Assembly: GCA_017003895.1 (NCBI GenBank)
Contig: GCA_017003895.1_4520.1
DNA: 64,000 nt
Strand: one strand, 5' to 3'
DNA from: a phage
The position numbers and the translations under genes are program-made. Below are positions 57,448 to 64,000 of this stretch, in pieces. Below the pieces are notes generated by a model. That model was given only the letters and a program-made list of their open reading frames with translations, searched no databases and had not been told where the DNA came from. The stretch's first letter is position 1; each line of letters opens with the position of its first letter.

Positions 57448-57942
57448 TTAATTAAGGATATTAACCACAGCACTACGTGGAACTACACTAAAATCACCTG
57501 CATGAACAACGTTCAGAAGTTCAACACCGTCTTCAATCCACTGATCAGTCACCCATCCATTTACTGGACCAGCGAATGGGCGTCGAATTGAAACATATTT
57601 ACACAACAAATCAGTAGGCTCAATAGGCTTAATCAGAGTACCGTACATACAAGCGATATCCATATCAATACAGATATCTTTAACGGGTTCTACTTCTTCA
57701 ATCAACAGTTCAAAGTCGGTGCTTGGAAGGGCGGTGGTAGAAATTGTACCATATGAATTTTTAATTTCTAAGAATAACCAAGGGCCTTCAACTTGTTTGA
57801 TGAAGTTAACAATAGTGAAACTATTACCTTGAGTGGCACCTAAAATTTCACAAAACTTTTCATAAGCTCGCACTGAAGCACCGTACCAGTTGATTTGTTT
57901 TTCATCTTTCAGGATGTAAGTAGCCGTAGTATTGATATTCAT
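57448..57942 (-). CDS. Hypothetical protein, paralog family member 3 of 3 (start moved to internal Met)
   Basis: Track ORF start 57984 lies inside the promoter; ATG at 57940-57942 (MNINTTATYIL) is downstream of it; C-terminus GWVTDQWIEDGVELLNVVHAGDFSVV matches the paralog motif. Confidence 0.5.
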   Translation of the reverse strand: MNINTTATYILKDEKQINWYGASVRAYEKFCEILGATQGNSFTIVNFIKQVEGPWLFLEIKNSYGTISTTALPSTDFELLIEEVEPVKDICIDMDIACMYGTLIKPIEPTDLLCKYVSIRRPFAGPVNGWVTDQWIEDGVELLNVVHAGDFSVVPRSAVVNILN

Positions 57943-57972
57943 AATGTTTTCCTGTTTGGTTAAGATAGAAAG

Positions 57973-58002
57973 ATTATACTCCAACCATCCTTGGTTGTAA
58001 AC
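57973..58002 (-). promoter_or_regulatory. Early promoter, GTTTACA-N18-TATAAT
   Basis: Plus gtaaac at 57997-58002 and attata at 57973-57978. Confidence 0.5.
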
Positions 58003-58007
58003 TGGTT

Positions 58008-58685
58008 TTATCGCTGTTTTACACTTAACGGGTCAGGATTCTCAGGTACATCTTCAAGGCCAAGCGCATAACGCTGAGCGTATTTTAACATCAAAATATC
58101 TTTAGCACAATCATGAACACTATCATGGGCAACGAATCCTTTTAGCGTACCCATCGGTAATGGACACATACTTAATCCTCGTGTCAACGAGTAAGCTTCG
58201 ATTGCCGTACGAATATCGCGTTGAGCCCAGAATTTAACCGGTTCTAATTTATCAGTATCAATATCTGGTTCAAGAACACCTTCATCACGATAGAGGTCAC
58301 GAATCAAATCGACTAAGATTGGGAAGTCAAAGCTCATACCACGGCACCACATCTGTGATTTCCATTGGTCAACTTTATTAGCTCGGCAATAATCTAAAAA
58401 GATTTTAATGCCTTCAAGCGTAGTGACATCATCTTCAGACGGAGCCAAGTTTTTACGCGCTTCAGCCGATTGTTCTTTCCACCATTTCATAGTGGATTTA
58501 GCGAAAACTCGCTTCCCTTTCTGAGAAGCTAAATTAAATTTAATTCGCTTACCTCGTTGAACAAGTTCTTCAAATGATTCAACAACTTCAGGGTCTGAAT
58601 TATATGCAATAACCGCAAGGTCAATAACAGCCGCTTTTGATGTATTGCCGAATGTTTCAAAATCTATAATAACATCAGTGCTCAT
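58008..58685 (-). CDS. dexA: Exonuclease A (DEDD-family 3'-5' exonuclease)
   Basis: 225 aa (T4 DexA 227 aa); N-terminal exo motif VIIDFETFG; T4 position next to dda. Confidence 0.8.
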   Translation of the reverse strand: MSTDVIIDFETFGNTSKAAVIDLAVIAYNSDPEVVESFEELVQRGKRIKFNLASQKGKRVFAKSTMKWWKEQSAEARKNLAPSEDDVTTLEGIKIFLDYCRANKVDQWKSQMWCRGMSFDFPILVDLIRDLYRDEGVLEPDIDTDKLEPVKFWAQRDIRTAIEAYSLTRGLSMCPLPMGTLKGFVAHDSVHDCAKDILMLKYAQRYALGLEDVPENPDPLSVKQR

Positions 58686-58694
58686 AATTTTCTC

Positions 58695-60008
58695 TCAAAT
58701 AAAATGGACGTCAAAACGACCACGAGTTGTGCCGACATACAATAACTGTTTAGCTAATTCTGAATCGGCATAATGGATACACGGTGTATAAACAAAGGCC
58801 GTGTCAACAGACATACCCTGGGCCTTATGGAAGGTTGATACTGGTAGTGCCTTCACCTTAGTGAACATACGTTTAGCATCCCAGAATTCGCTCCATGGAG
58901 CTTTACCACCTTTATTCCAGAATTTGTATGTTTCTGCGGTCTTAGCCAAAAACAAATTGAATTTATAAAGCTCTTCTTCAGAAGAAATAACCTTTATATC
59001 TTCGCGGATGTATTCTTCATCATCACCATATGTTTCTACTGTAAGATTCCAGTATCGTATCATATATTCGCCTGAAACACCACGTGCTTTAACGAATGTA
59101 GACGTTTCTACAGCATCTCGAATACGAACGAATTGCCCATTATTGAAAAGCATTTCGGTCATATTTTTACCATCTAGCTTATATGTCTTAGTAAACGGCT
59201 CTTGTAGAACAATGACTTCATCTTTAATAAATGGCTTTTCTGTTTCAAGAAGTTTTCGGCGAATAATTGAATTTAACTTGTCTACTGACTTATTTGTGAA
59301 TGCCATCATTCGATTTTCGAAAAGGTCTTCAGGAGTTTTAACGACGTTAAAATAGTTCATCATATACGATTTAAGGTCTGTATATCCGTGAACACCGTGT
59401 CCATCAACTACTTTATCGTAAATCCATTTGCCATTACGAATATCAGTCGCAACATCAATAATTGGTGCATTGCTACGTTTAACTTCTGTAAGGTTGCATT
59501 GCACGAAGTCTTTGTGAGTGAAGAAAGGACTTAGATACGCAGTTGATTCGCCTGGGTCTACCGGTCGAATCTGGCATCTGTCACCAATTCCAATTACTGT
59601 ACACCATTTAGGGATACTAGCTAACATTATTTTAAACAGAGGACGGTCGCACATTGACGCTTCATCAAATAACAGTACACGACACAAGGCTAAGTCGGGA
59701 ACCTTTTTCTGCTCAAACAATACGTTTTCTTCGTATGTAGTTGGGTTGATTTTAAGAATGCTATGAATAGTCGATGCTTCTTGACCCGCAAGTTTGCTTA
59801 GAACCTTTTTAGCAGCATGTGTAGGGGCTGCTAAAATAATACCTGATTCTCCAGAAGAAATAAGGGCTTCAACGATGAATCTAGTAAGGGTTGTTTTACC
59901 TGTACCGGCAGGCCCATTAATAGTTACGTGATGTTTCTTTTCTTTAATAGCTTTCATAACAACGTTGAAGGCGTTTTTCTGGCCTTCGGTCAAATCATCA
60001 AATGTCAT
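58695..60008 (-). CDS. dda: Dda DNA helicase (SF1B)
   Basis: 437 aa (T4 Dda 439 aa); Walker A GPAGTGKTT and Walker B LLFDEASM. Confidence 0.85.
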   Translation of the reverse strand: MTFDDLTEGQKNAFNVVMKAIKEKKHHVTINGPAGTGKTTLTRFIVEALISSGESGIILAAPTHAAKKVLSKLAGQEASTIHSILKINPTTYEENVLFEQKKVPDLALCRVLLFDEASMCDRPLFKIMLASIPKWCTVIGIGDRCQIRPVDPGESTAYLSPFFTHKDFVQCNLTEVKRSNAPIIDVATDIRNGKWIYDKVVDGHGVHGYTDLKSYMMNYFNVVKTPEDLFENRMMAFTNKSVDKLNSIIRRKLLETEKPFIKDEVIVLQEPFTKTYKLDGKNMTEMLFNNGQFVRIRDAVETSTFVKARGVSGEYMIRYWNLTVETYGDDEEYIREDIKVISSEEELYKFNLFLAKTAETYKFWNKGGKAPWSEFWDAKRMFTKVKALPVSTFHKAQGMSVDTAFVYTPCIHYADSELAKQLLYVGTTRGRFDVHFI

Positions 60009-60316
60009 CGTAAAGTCCCTGCAATTGGAATACTAACAATACGGCCTGTGTCCAGAATTCGTTGATACAATCTTTGCGTCTCCGCATCTAGTTTAACGTG
60101 TTTCATTTCAAGCTTATTAAACCAGAACTTACGCGGAGTTTCGACCATTCTTAGAACTCCCATTTTTAAATCTGTTTTATACTGTGTTTTCAAAGTATCG
60201 AAAACTTTATCTGCAATATCCTTTCTAAAAAATACTGCAGGACGATGCTCATCAAGTGGAACCGGGACGGTAAATCCTTCCATATCTCGATAAACTATTG
60301 CATATACATAAACCAT
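60005..60316 (-). CDS. Hypothetical protein (dda.1 position)
   Basis: 103-aa ORF; stop overlaps the dda start. Confidence 0.5.
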   Translation of the reverse strand: MVYVYAIVYRDMEGFTVPVPLDEHRPAVFFRKDIADKVFDTLKTQYKTDLKMGVLRMVETPRKFWFNKLEMKHVKLDAETQRLYQRILDTGRIVSIPIAGTLR

Positions 60317-60318
60317 AA

Positions 60319-61065
60319 TTAACCTTTAATTAGTTGGAATAATGATGCGCTAAGTGGTAAGCCGCGTTTCAATTTTAATTTACCAATGAAACCAATCTTT
60401 TCAAAACGTTGCAGACCTTGGATAACTTTATCATATGTATCGAAAAGCGATTCAGCGTCAGTTAATTTAGTTTTAGTTTTCCAGTCAGAACCTTTAAGAA
60501 GAACGTTGAGTTTAGTAAGTTCATGGCCTTCTGCTTGATGTGAGCCATTAATGCGTGCTTTCAAAGCAACAATTCTAAGTTTAGATTCGTTAGATAAAGG
60601 TTGATTTTTCATCATGTTCGCCATATGCTTAACACGATTTTCACGTTTTGCTCGGATTTTTAAAATAGCACCATAAACCTTTTTAATTTGGGCCCATTTC
60701 TTCTCGTCGAGATTAAGTTTCTCTACTTTACGGGCAGAAGGATTAGCAATACGTCTTGCAACAGCGTCACGTTTCTCAATAAGTTCTTCTAGTGTTAAAT
60801 CAGAACGAGCCGTGTTATATTTTTTCTTAACTGGGATAACATTACCTTTAATGTAGCCTATATCATTATTAAAACGTTCTAAGGATAATTTCTCACCTTC
60901 AACAGAGTTATTGAAAGATTCACCTGAGTAAGCGCAGACCTTTTGATCAAGAATGTTTTTAAGGTAATTAAAGTCTAAGTTAAAATCCTTAGAGCGTCTC
61001 TTCGCAGAAGCTCTGGTGTGGTCAAGACGACGATTGATTTTGTTAATTTTATTATTTGATAACAT
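60319..61065 (-). CDS. Probable Srd (sigma-related, anti-sigma-like) protein
   Basis: 248-aa basic ORF at the T4 srd position between dda.1 and the mod genes; assigned by size and synteny only. Confidence 0.45.
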   Translation of the reverse strand: MLSNNKINKINRRLDHTRASAKRRSKDFNLDFNYLKNILDQKVCAYSGESFNNSVEGEKLSLERFNNDIGYIKGNVIPVKKKYNTARSDLTLEELIEKRDAVARRIANPSARKVEKLNLDEKKWAQIKKVYGAILKIRAKRENRVKHMANMMKNQPLSNESKLRIVALKARINGSHQAEGHELTKLNVLLKGSDWKTKTKLTDAESLFDTYDKVIQGLQRFEKIGFIGKLKLKRGLPLSASLFQLIKG

Positions 61066-61115
61066 AATATTTTCCTCTGTCTTACGGACGTTAAGGTCAT
61101 TTAGCTGATAAGCTT

Positions 61116-61143
61116 ATAATATCATGCCCTCAGGTAGTGTACA
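61116..61143 (-). promoter_or_regulatory. Early promoter, TGTACA-N16-TATTAT
   Basis: Plus tgtaca at 61138-61143 and ataata at 61116-61121; local palindrome ataagcttat. Confidence 0.4.
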
Positions 61144-61218
61144 CTCTTTTTTCGTAAAATGCTTTAATTTTTTATGTGTTATAATGGTTCTGAGTTCCAT
61201 TCGGTTATTCCAATTTAG

Positions 61219-61827
61219 TCAGTAACTGACAATAGACAGATTCCAGATTGTATAGCGTCCATCTTGAATAATAGAATCTACACGCAGTGTAGTCCCTATA
61301 GGGAGCATAAATTCACATTCGTCGGATATAAGTCTAGCATTAGACCGTCTTGTCGCTTCAGGGAAAGCTCCATTGAACTCACAAGATGGCGCGGCCAGAA
61401 TCATGTTAAGCATATGTTCACGGAAGTTGAAAGCAAATGGTGCATCTTTGATGCAGAACATATTAAATGTTCCGTAAAAATTATACGAAGCAAAGTTACG
61501 TGCTACACCGAACACTGGGCTGAAGCTCATTACTCTGTCAAATTTAATAATACTACCAATGCCTTTATCATCAAGTGTGGCCATAGTTTTCTTAGAGATT
61601 CCACGATACATTGTCTCAGGAACAGAAGACGTCCAATTTCTACGAACGATTGAACTTAACTCCTGTTGAATACAGTCTGGCTTGTTTTCCATACACTGCC
61701 ACAGTACACTTTGTTCAATGTCGCTGAATTGACTATCAATTTCGTACTGCAATACATCTTGATATTCGGGGTTTTGAGCACGACGAACAATTTCTTCAAT
61801 TTCACACTCGTTATACGGCATAAACAT
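61219..61827 (-). CDS. Mod-family ADP-ribosyltransferase (modA/modB paralog; probably ModA by position)
   Basis: 202 aa; R-S-E ART triad candidates (MYRGIS, SFSPVF, ECEFMLP); paralogous to the adjacent ORF. Confidence 0.7.
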   Translation of the reverse strand: MFMPYNECEIEEIVRRAQNPEYQDVLQYEIDSQFSDIEQSVLWQCMENKPDCIQQELSSIVRRNWTSSVPETMYRGISKKTMATLDDKGIGSIIKFDRVMSFSPVFGVARNFASYNFYGTFNMFCIKDAPFAFNFREHMLNMILAAPSCEFNGAFPEATRRSNARLISDECEFMLPIGTTLRVDSIIQDGRYTIWNLSIVSY

Positions 61828-61855
61828 TTAGGTTTCTCCTGTGGTTGATAAAGGT

Positions 61856-61884
61856 ATAGTATCATCATCGGAAGAGTTTGTACA
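61856..61884 (-). promoter_or_regulatory. Early promoter, TGTACA-N17-TACTAT
   Basis: Plus tgtaca at 61879-61884 and atagta at 61856-61861. Confidence 0.5.
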
Positions 61885-62466
61885 CTAAAAATTCAACATT
61901 TTCAAATGAATGATTTTGTATAATCGAGATAAAGGGTCATATTCTAAGTCTTCAATTTCCACAATCTCAAATCTAGAGATACCTGAGACCATGTACTCTT
62001 GTTCAGATTCAATCATATCTAGGACGTCAACACGCTTTTCTTCCATAACATGCTTAGGGTTCTTTCCGGCGAGTACAATGTTAACCATGTTTTGGTAGTA
62101 ATCAAAAATGAATGGAGCATTCCTGAGACTAAGAATAGTGTACGTCTGATATTCCCATCTCCCAGAGAATTGACGAGCTGTACTGAAATCAGTTGTGAAC
62201 GATGTTACTCGTCCAGGAGACCAATGGCATCCAACAGAAAGAAGTGAAAGACGTTCTACTTCTTCTGGAGTTACACCACGGTAGAGTTCTACTGGTACTG
62301 TAGAAGTCATATGCTTACGAACAAGATGGTCTAATTCATAGTGGAAATCCGGGTCTTCCTTAGAATCGGTGCAAGCCCAGAGAATGTTTTGTTCTTGGCG
62401 GGTGAATTTGCTATCAATCAGATTTGTTAGGTATTCACGTTCTTGAAGTTCAGATTGACATGTCAT
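61885..62466 (-). CDS. Mod-family ADP-ribosyltransferase (modA/modB paralog; probably ModB by position)
   Basis: 193 aa; R-S-E ART triad candidates (LYRGVT, SFTTDF, EQEYMVS). Confidence 0.7.
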   Translation of the reverse strand: MTCQSELQEREYLTNLIDSKFTRQEQNILWACTDSKEDPDFHYELDHLVRKHMTSTVPVELYRGVTPEEVERLSLLSVGCHWSPGRVTSFTTDFSTARQFSGRWEYQTYTILSLRNAPFIFDYYQNMVNIVLAGKNPKHVMEEKRVDVLDMIESEQEYMVSGISRFEIVEIEDLEYDPLSRLYKIIHLKMLNF

Positions 62467-62493
62467 GATAGACCTCCATTTAAAGATAAGCCT

Positions 62494-62522
62494 ATCATAA
62501 CACGAGAGGAGGGAATGTAAAC
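62494..62522 (-). promoter_or_regulatory. Early promoter, GTTTACA-N17-TATGAT
   Basis: Plus gtaaac at 62517-62522 and atcata at 62494-62499. Confidence 0.45.
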
Positions 62523-62682
62523 TACTTTTTAAGCTTTCCTACTAAAGGACCATCAGGACCAGGTTGTTCTAACATGAATAACGATGCTTTAAAAAGCAAT
62601 GTCAACCCTTTCACCATTCGATACCATGTCTCAAAGTCTTTTTCCTTGATTTCTAGTAAGAATTTCTCTTTCAATTTCTCTT

Positions 62683-62871
62683 TCATTTCCAAGGACTCCA
62701 TGGCGGAGGGTCGTCATAATAAGAGGCAAGGTCTTTCAGGGCTTCAACAGGTAAACTAAAGCCGTGTCGTTGTATAATACTATCTAGTTCATCAACAAGT
62801 TCACTACGATGCACTTTAGGAGCCTCAACTTCAGGCTCGTCAAACATACTCATAAGGTCCATATTATTCAC
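62683..62871 (-). CDS. Hypothetical acidic protein
   Basis: 62-aa ORF; start overlaps the upstream ORF stop. Confidence 0.45.
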   Translation of the reverse strand: MNNMDLMSMFDEPEVEAPKVHRSELVDELDSIIQRHGFSLPVEALKDLASYYDDPPPWSPWK

Positions 62872-63328
62872 CTAAATAAAAACTAGGCTGCTCGGAGAAT
62901 GTTTCTAGCGCTACACCTTTTGTCTTAAAAAATTTCCAAATAGCTCGTTGCAAATGGATTAAATCTGCTAATGATGTAATAAAGTATTTTTTGGCAAAAT
63001 ACTTGTGGTCTCGCTTTTCAAACAAGTCTAAACGCTTTTCAGGATTCACATAAACAGCATTTTCCGTAGATTCATAACCTAAGTCCTTTATGCCTTCTTC
63101 AAGACTAAACGGAGAATTTTTAGAACGAGTAATAGCTCCAACTCGCTCTACACGAATTTTGTAACCTTTAGGAATCTGCAATTTGCAGAATTCTTCTACG
63201 ATATATTGCGGATTATTTAGACTTTTGTTAATGAGAATAGCTATTTCTAGTGGAGTCTTATCTTCTACTGGTATATGTTTAAACGACTTGGCTTCAAGCA
63301 AATACATTTTAAATAACATAGCATCCAT
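62864..63328 (-). CDS. Hypothetical protein
   Basis: 154-aa ORF in operon orientation. Confidence 0.5.
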   Translation of the reverse strand: MDAMLFKMYLLEAKSFKHIPVEDKTPLEIAILINKSLNNPQYIVEEFCKLQIPKGYKIRVERVGAITRSKNSPFSLEEGIKDLGYESTENAVYVNPEKRLDLFEKRDHKYFAKKYFITSLADLIHLQRAIWKFFKTKGVALETFSEQPSFYLGE

Positions 63329-63503
63329 TATAATTTCCTCGATGGTTCACCCATATAAAGTTTTACAATACGTTCGCCTTCATCTTCGACGAGCTTTTCT
63401 TCATGTTTCTGGAGTTCTTTGACCATTTTCTCTTCAAAAACATCTAACCAATCTTCTGGTTCGACTCCATCATTCAAGCTTTTAAACCATTTTACTATTC
63501 TGT

Positions 63504-63692
63504 TCATTCACAGCTCCCTGAGCTTGAACCACAATCAGAATAACTTGACCCAGAATCACCAGGCCAAGACGATACGTATGAATGATTATAACTTGAAGAG
63601 CTTGAAGCAGACTTAGGACGAACAACTTCTTCCATCATTCCATCACCGATATATTCCCAACTTTTTTCGTGTGTATCAGGAATCGGCATCAT
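63504..63692 (-). CDS. Hypothetical Ser/Gly/Cys-rich small protein (start uncertain)
   Basis: Track ORF 63504..63815 overlaps the upstream ORF in another frame; internal ATG at 63690-63692 (MMPIPDTHEK...) removes the overlap. Confidence 0.35.
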   Translation of the reverse strand: MMPIPDTHEKSWEYIGDGMMEEVVRPKSASSSSSYNHSYVSSWPGDSGSSYSDCGSSSGSCE

Positions 63693-63705
63693 ACCTTCGC
63701 CTGGT

Positions 63706-63933
63706 TTAACAGCAAACAACTTCTTCAGTATCGTAAGCATTAATTGTTCCTCGAACAAAACGAACACCACCGTCATCCCAACGGATTTCGGCATTAAATT
63801 TGACGTCTTCACCATCCATCATGAATGAGTGTACGACTACATCATCGTAATATCCAAGACCGTATTTCAACGAAACTTCTTGAGCAATCAAAGCACCTAA
63901 TGTGTTATTAGGTTTAATCCAACGATTTAACAT
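63706..63933 (-). CDS. Hypothetical protein
   Basis: 75-aa ORF preceded by GTTTAC and a weak -10. Confidence 0.45.
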   Translation of the reverse strand: MLNRWIKPNNTLGALIAQEVSLKYGLGYYDDVVVHSFMMDGEDVKFNAEIRWDDGGVRFVRGTINAYDTEEVVCC

Positions 63934-64000
63934 ATTGTTCTCCTCTTGAGTAAGTAAAAATATCTTAACACAGTTTTTAGTGGTTGTAAACTGTAGAAAC

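Overview
This window reads as a contiguous stretch of a T-even (T4-like, Tevenvirinae) phage genome, in the same gene order as T4 but not T4 itself. It runs from the late baseplate genes (27 partial, 28, 29, 48, 54) through a long minus-strand early/middle block (alt, DNA ligase 30, rIII, 31, cd, pseT, spanins, alc, rnlA, denA, nrdB, nrdA, td, frd, 32, 59, 33, dsbA, rnh), the plus-strand long-tail-fibre operon (34, 35, 36, 37, 38) and holin t, then a second minus-strand early block (asiA, motA, 52, ndd, rIIB, rIIA, topoisomerase 39, dexA, dda, srd, two Mod ADP-ribosyltransferases). Assignments rest on conserved motifs read from the translations, protein sizes and T4 synteny recalled from memory; no database search was run. 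Differences from T4 as I recall it are the main interest: a class I DAHP synthase gene (aroG-like) translationally coupled to cd; a GT-B glycosyltransferase-like gene between rIIA.1 and gene 39; an extra ORF between frd and td; a YbiA/NADAR-like ORF; uninterrupted td and nrdB; an unsplit gene 39; and a T2-type gp38 adhesin with a gp37 C-terminal chaperone domain. Regulatory signals are dense: about 20 early promoters of the GTTTAC-N17-TATAAT type (several with the -10 inside an inverted repeat), five TATAAATA late promoters, candidate MotA-box middle promoters, and many CUUCGG-tetraloop hairpins. No tRNA, rRNA, CRISPR array, transposon or intron was found.
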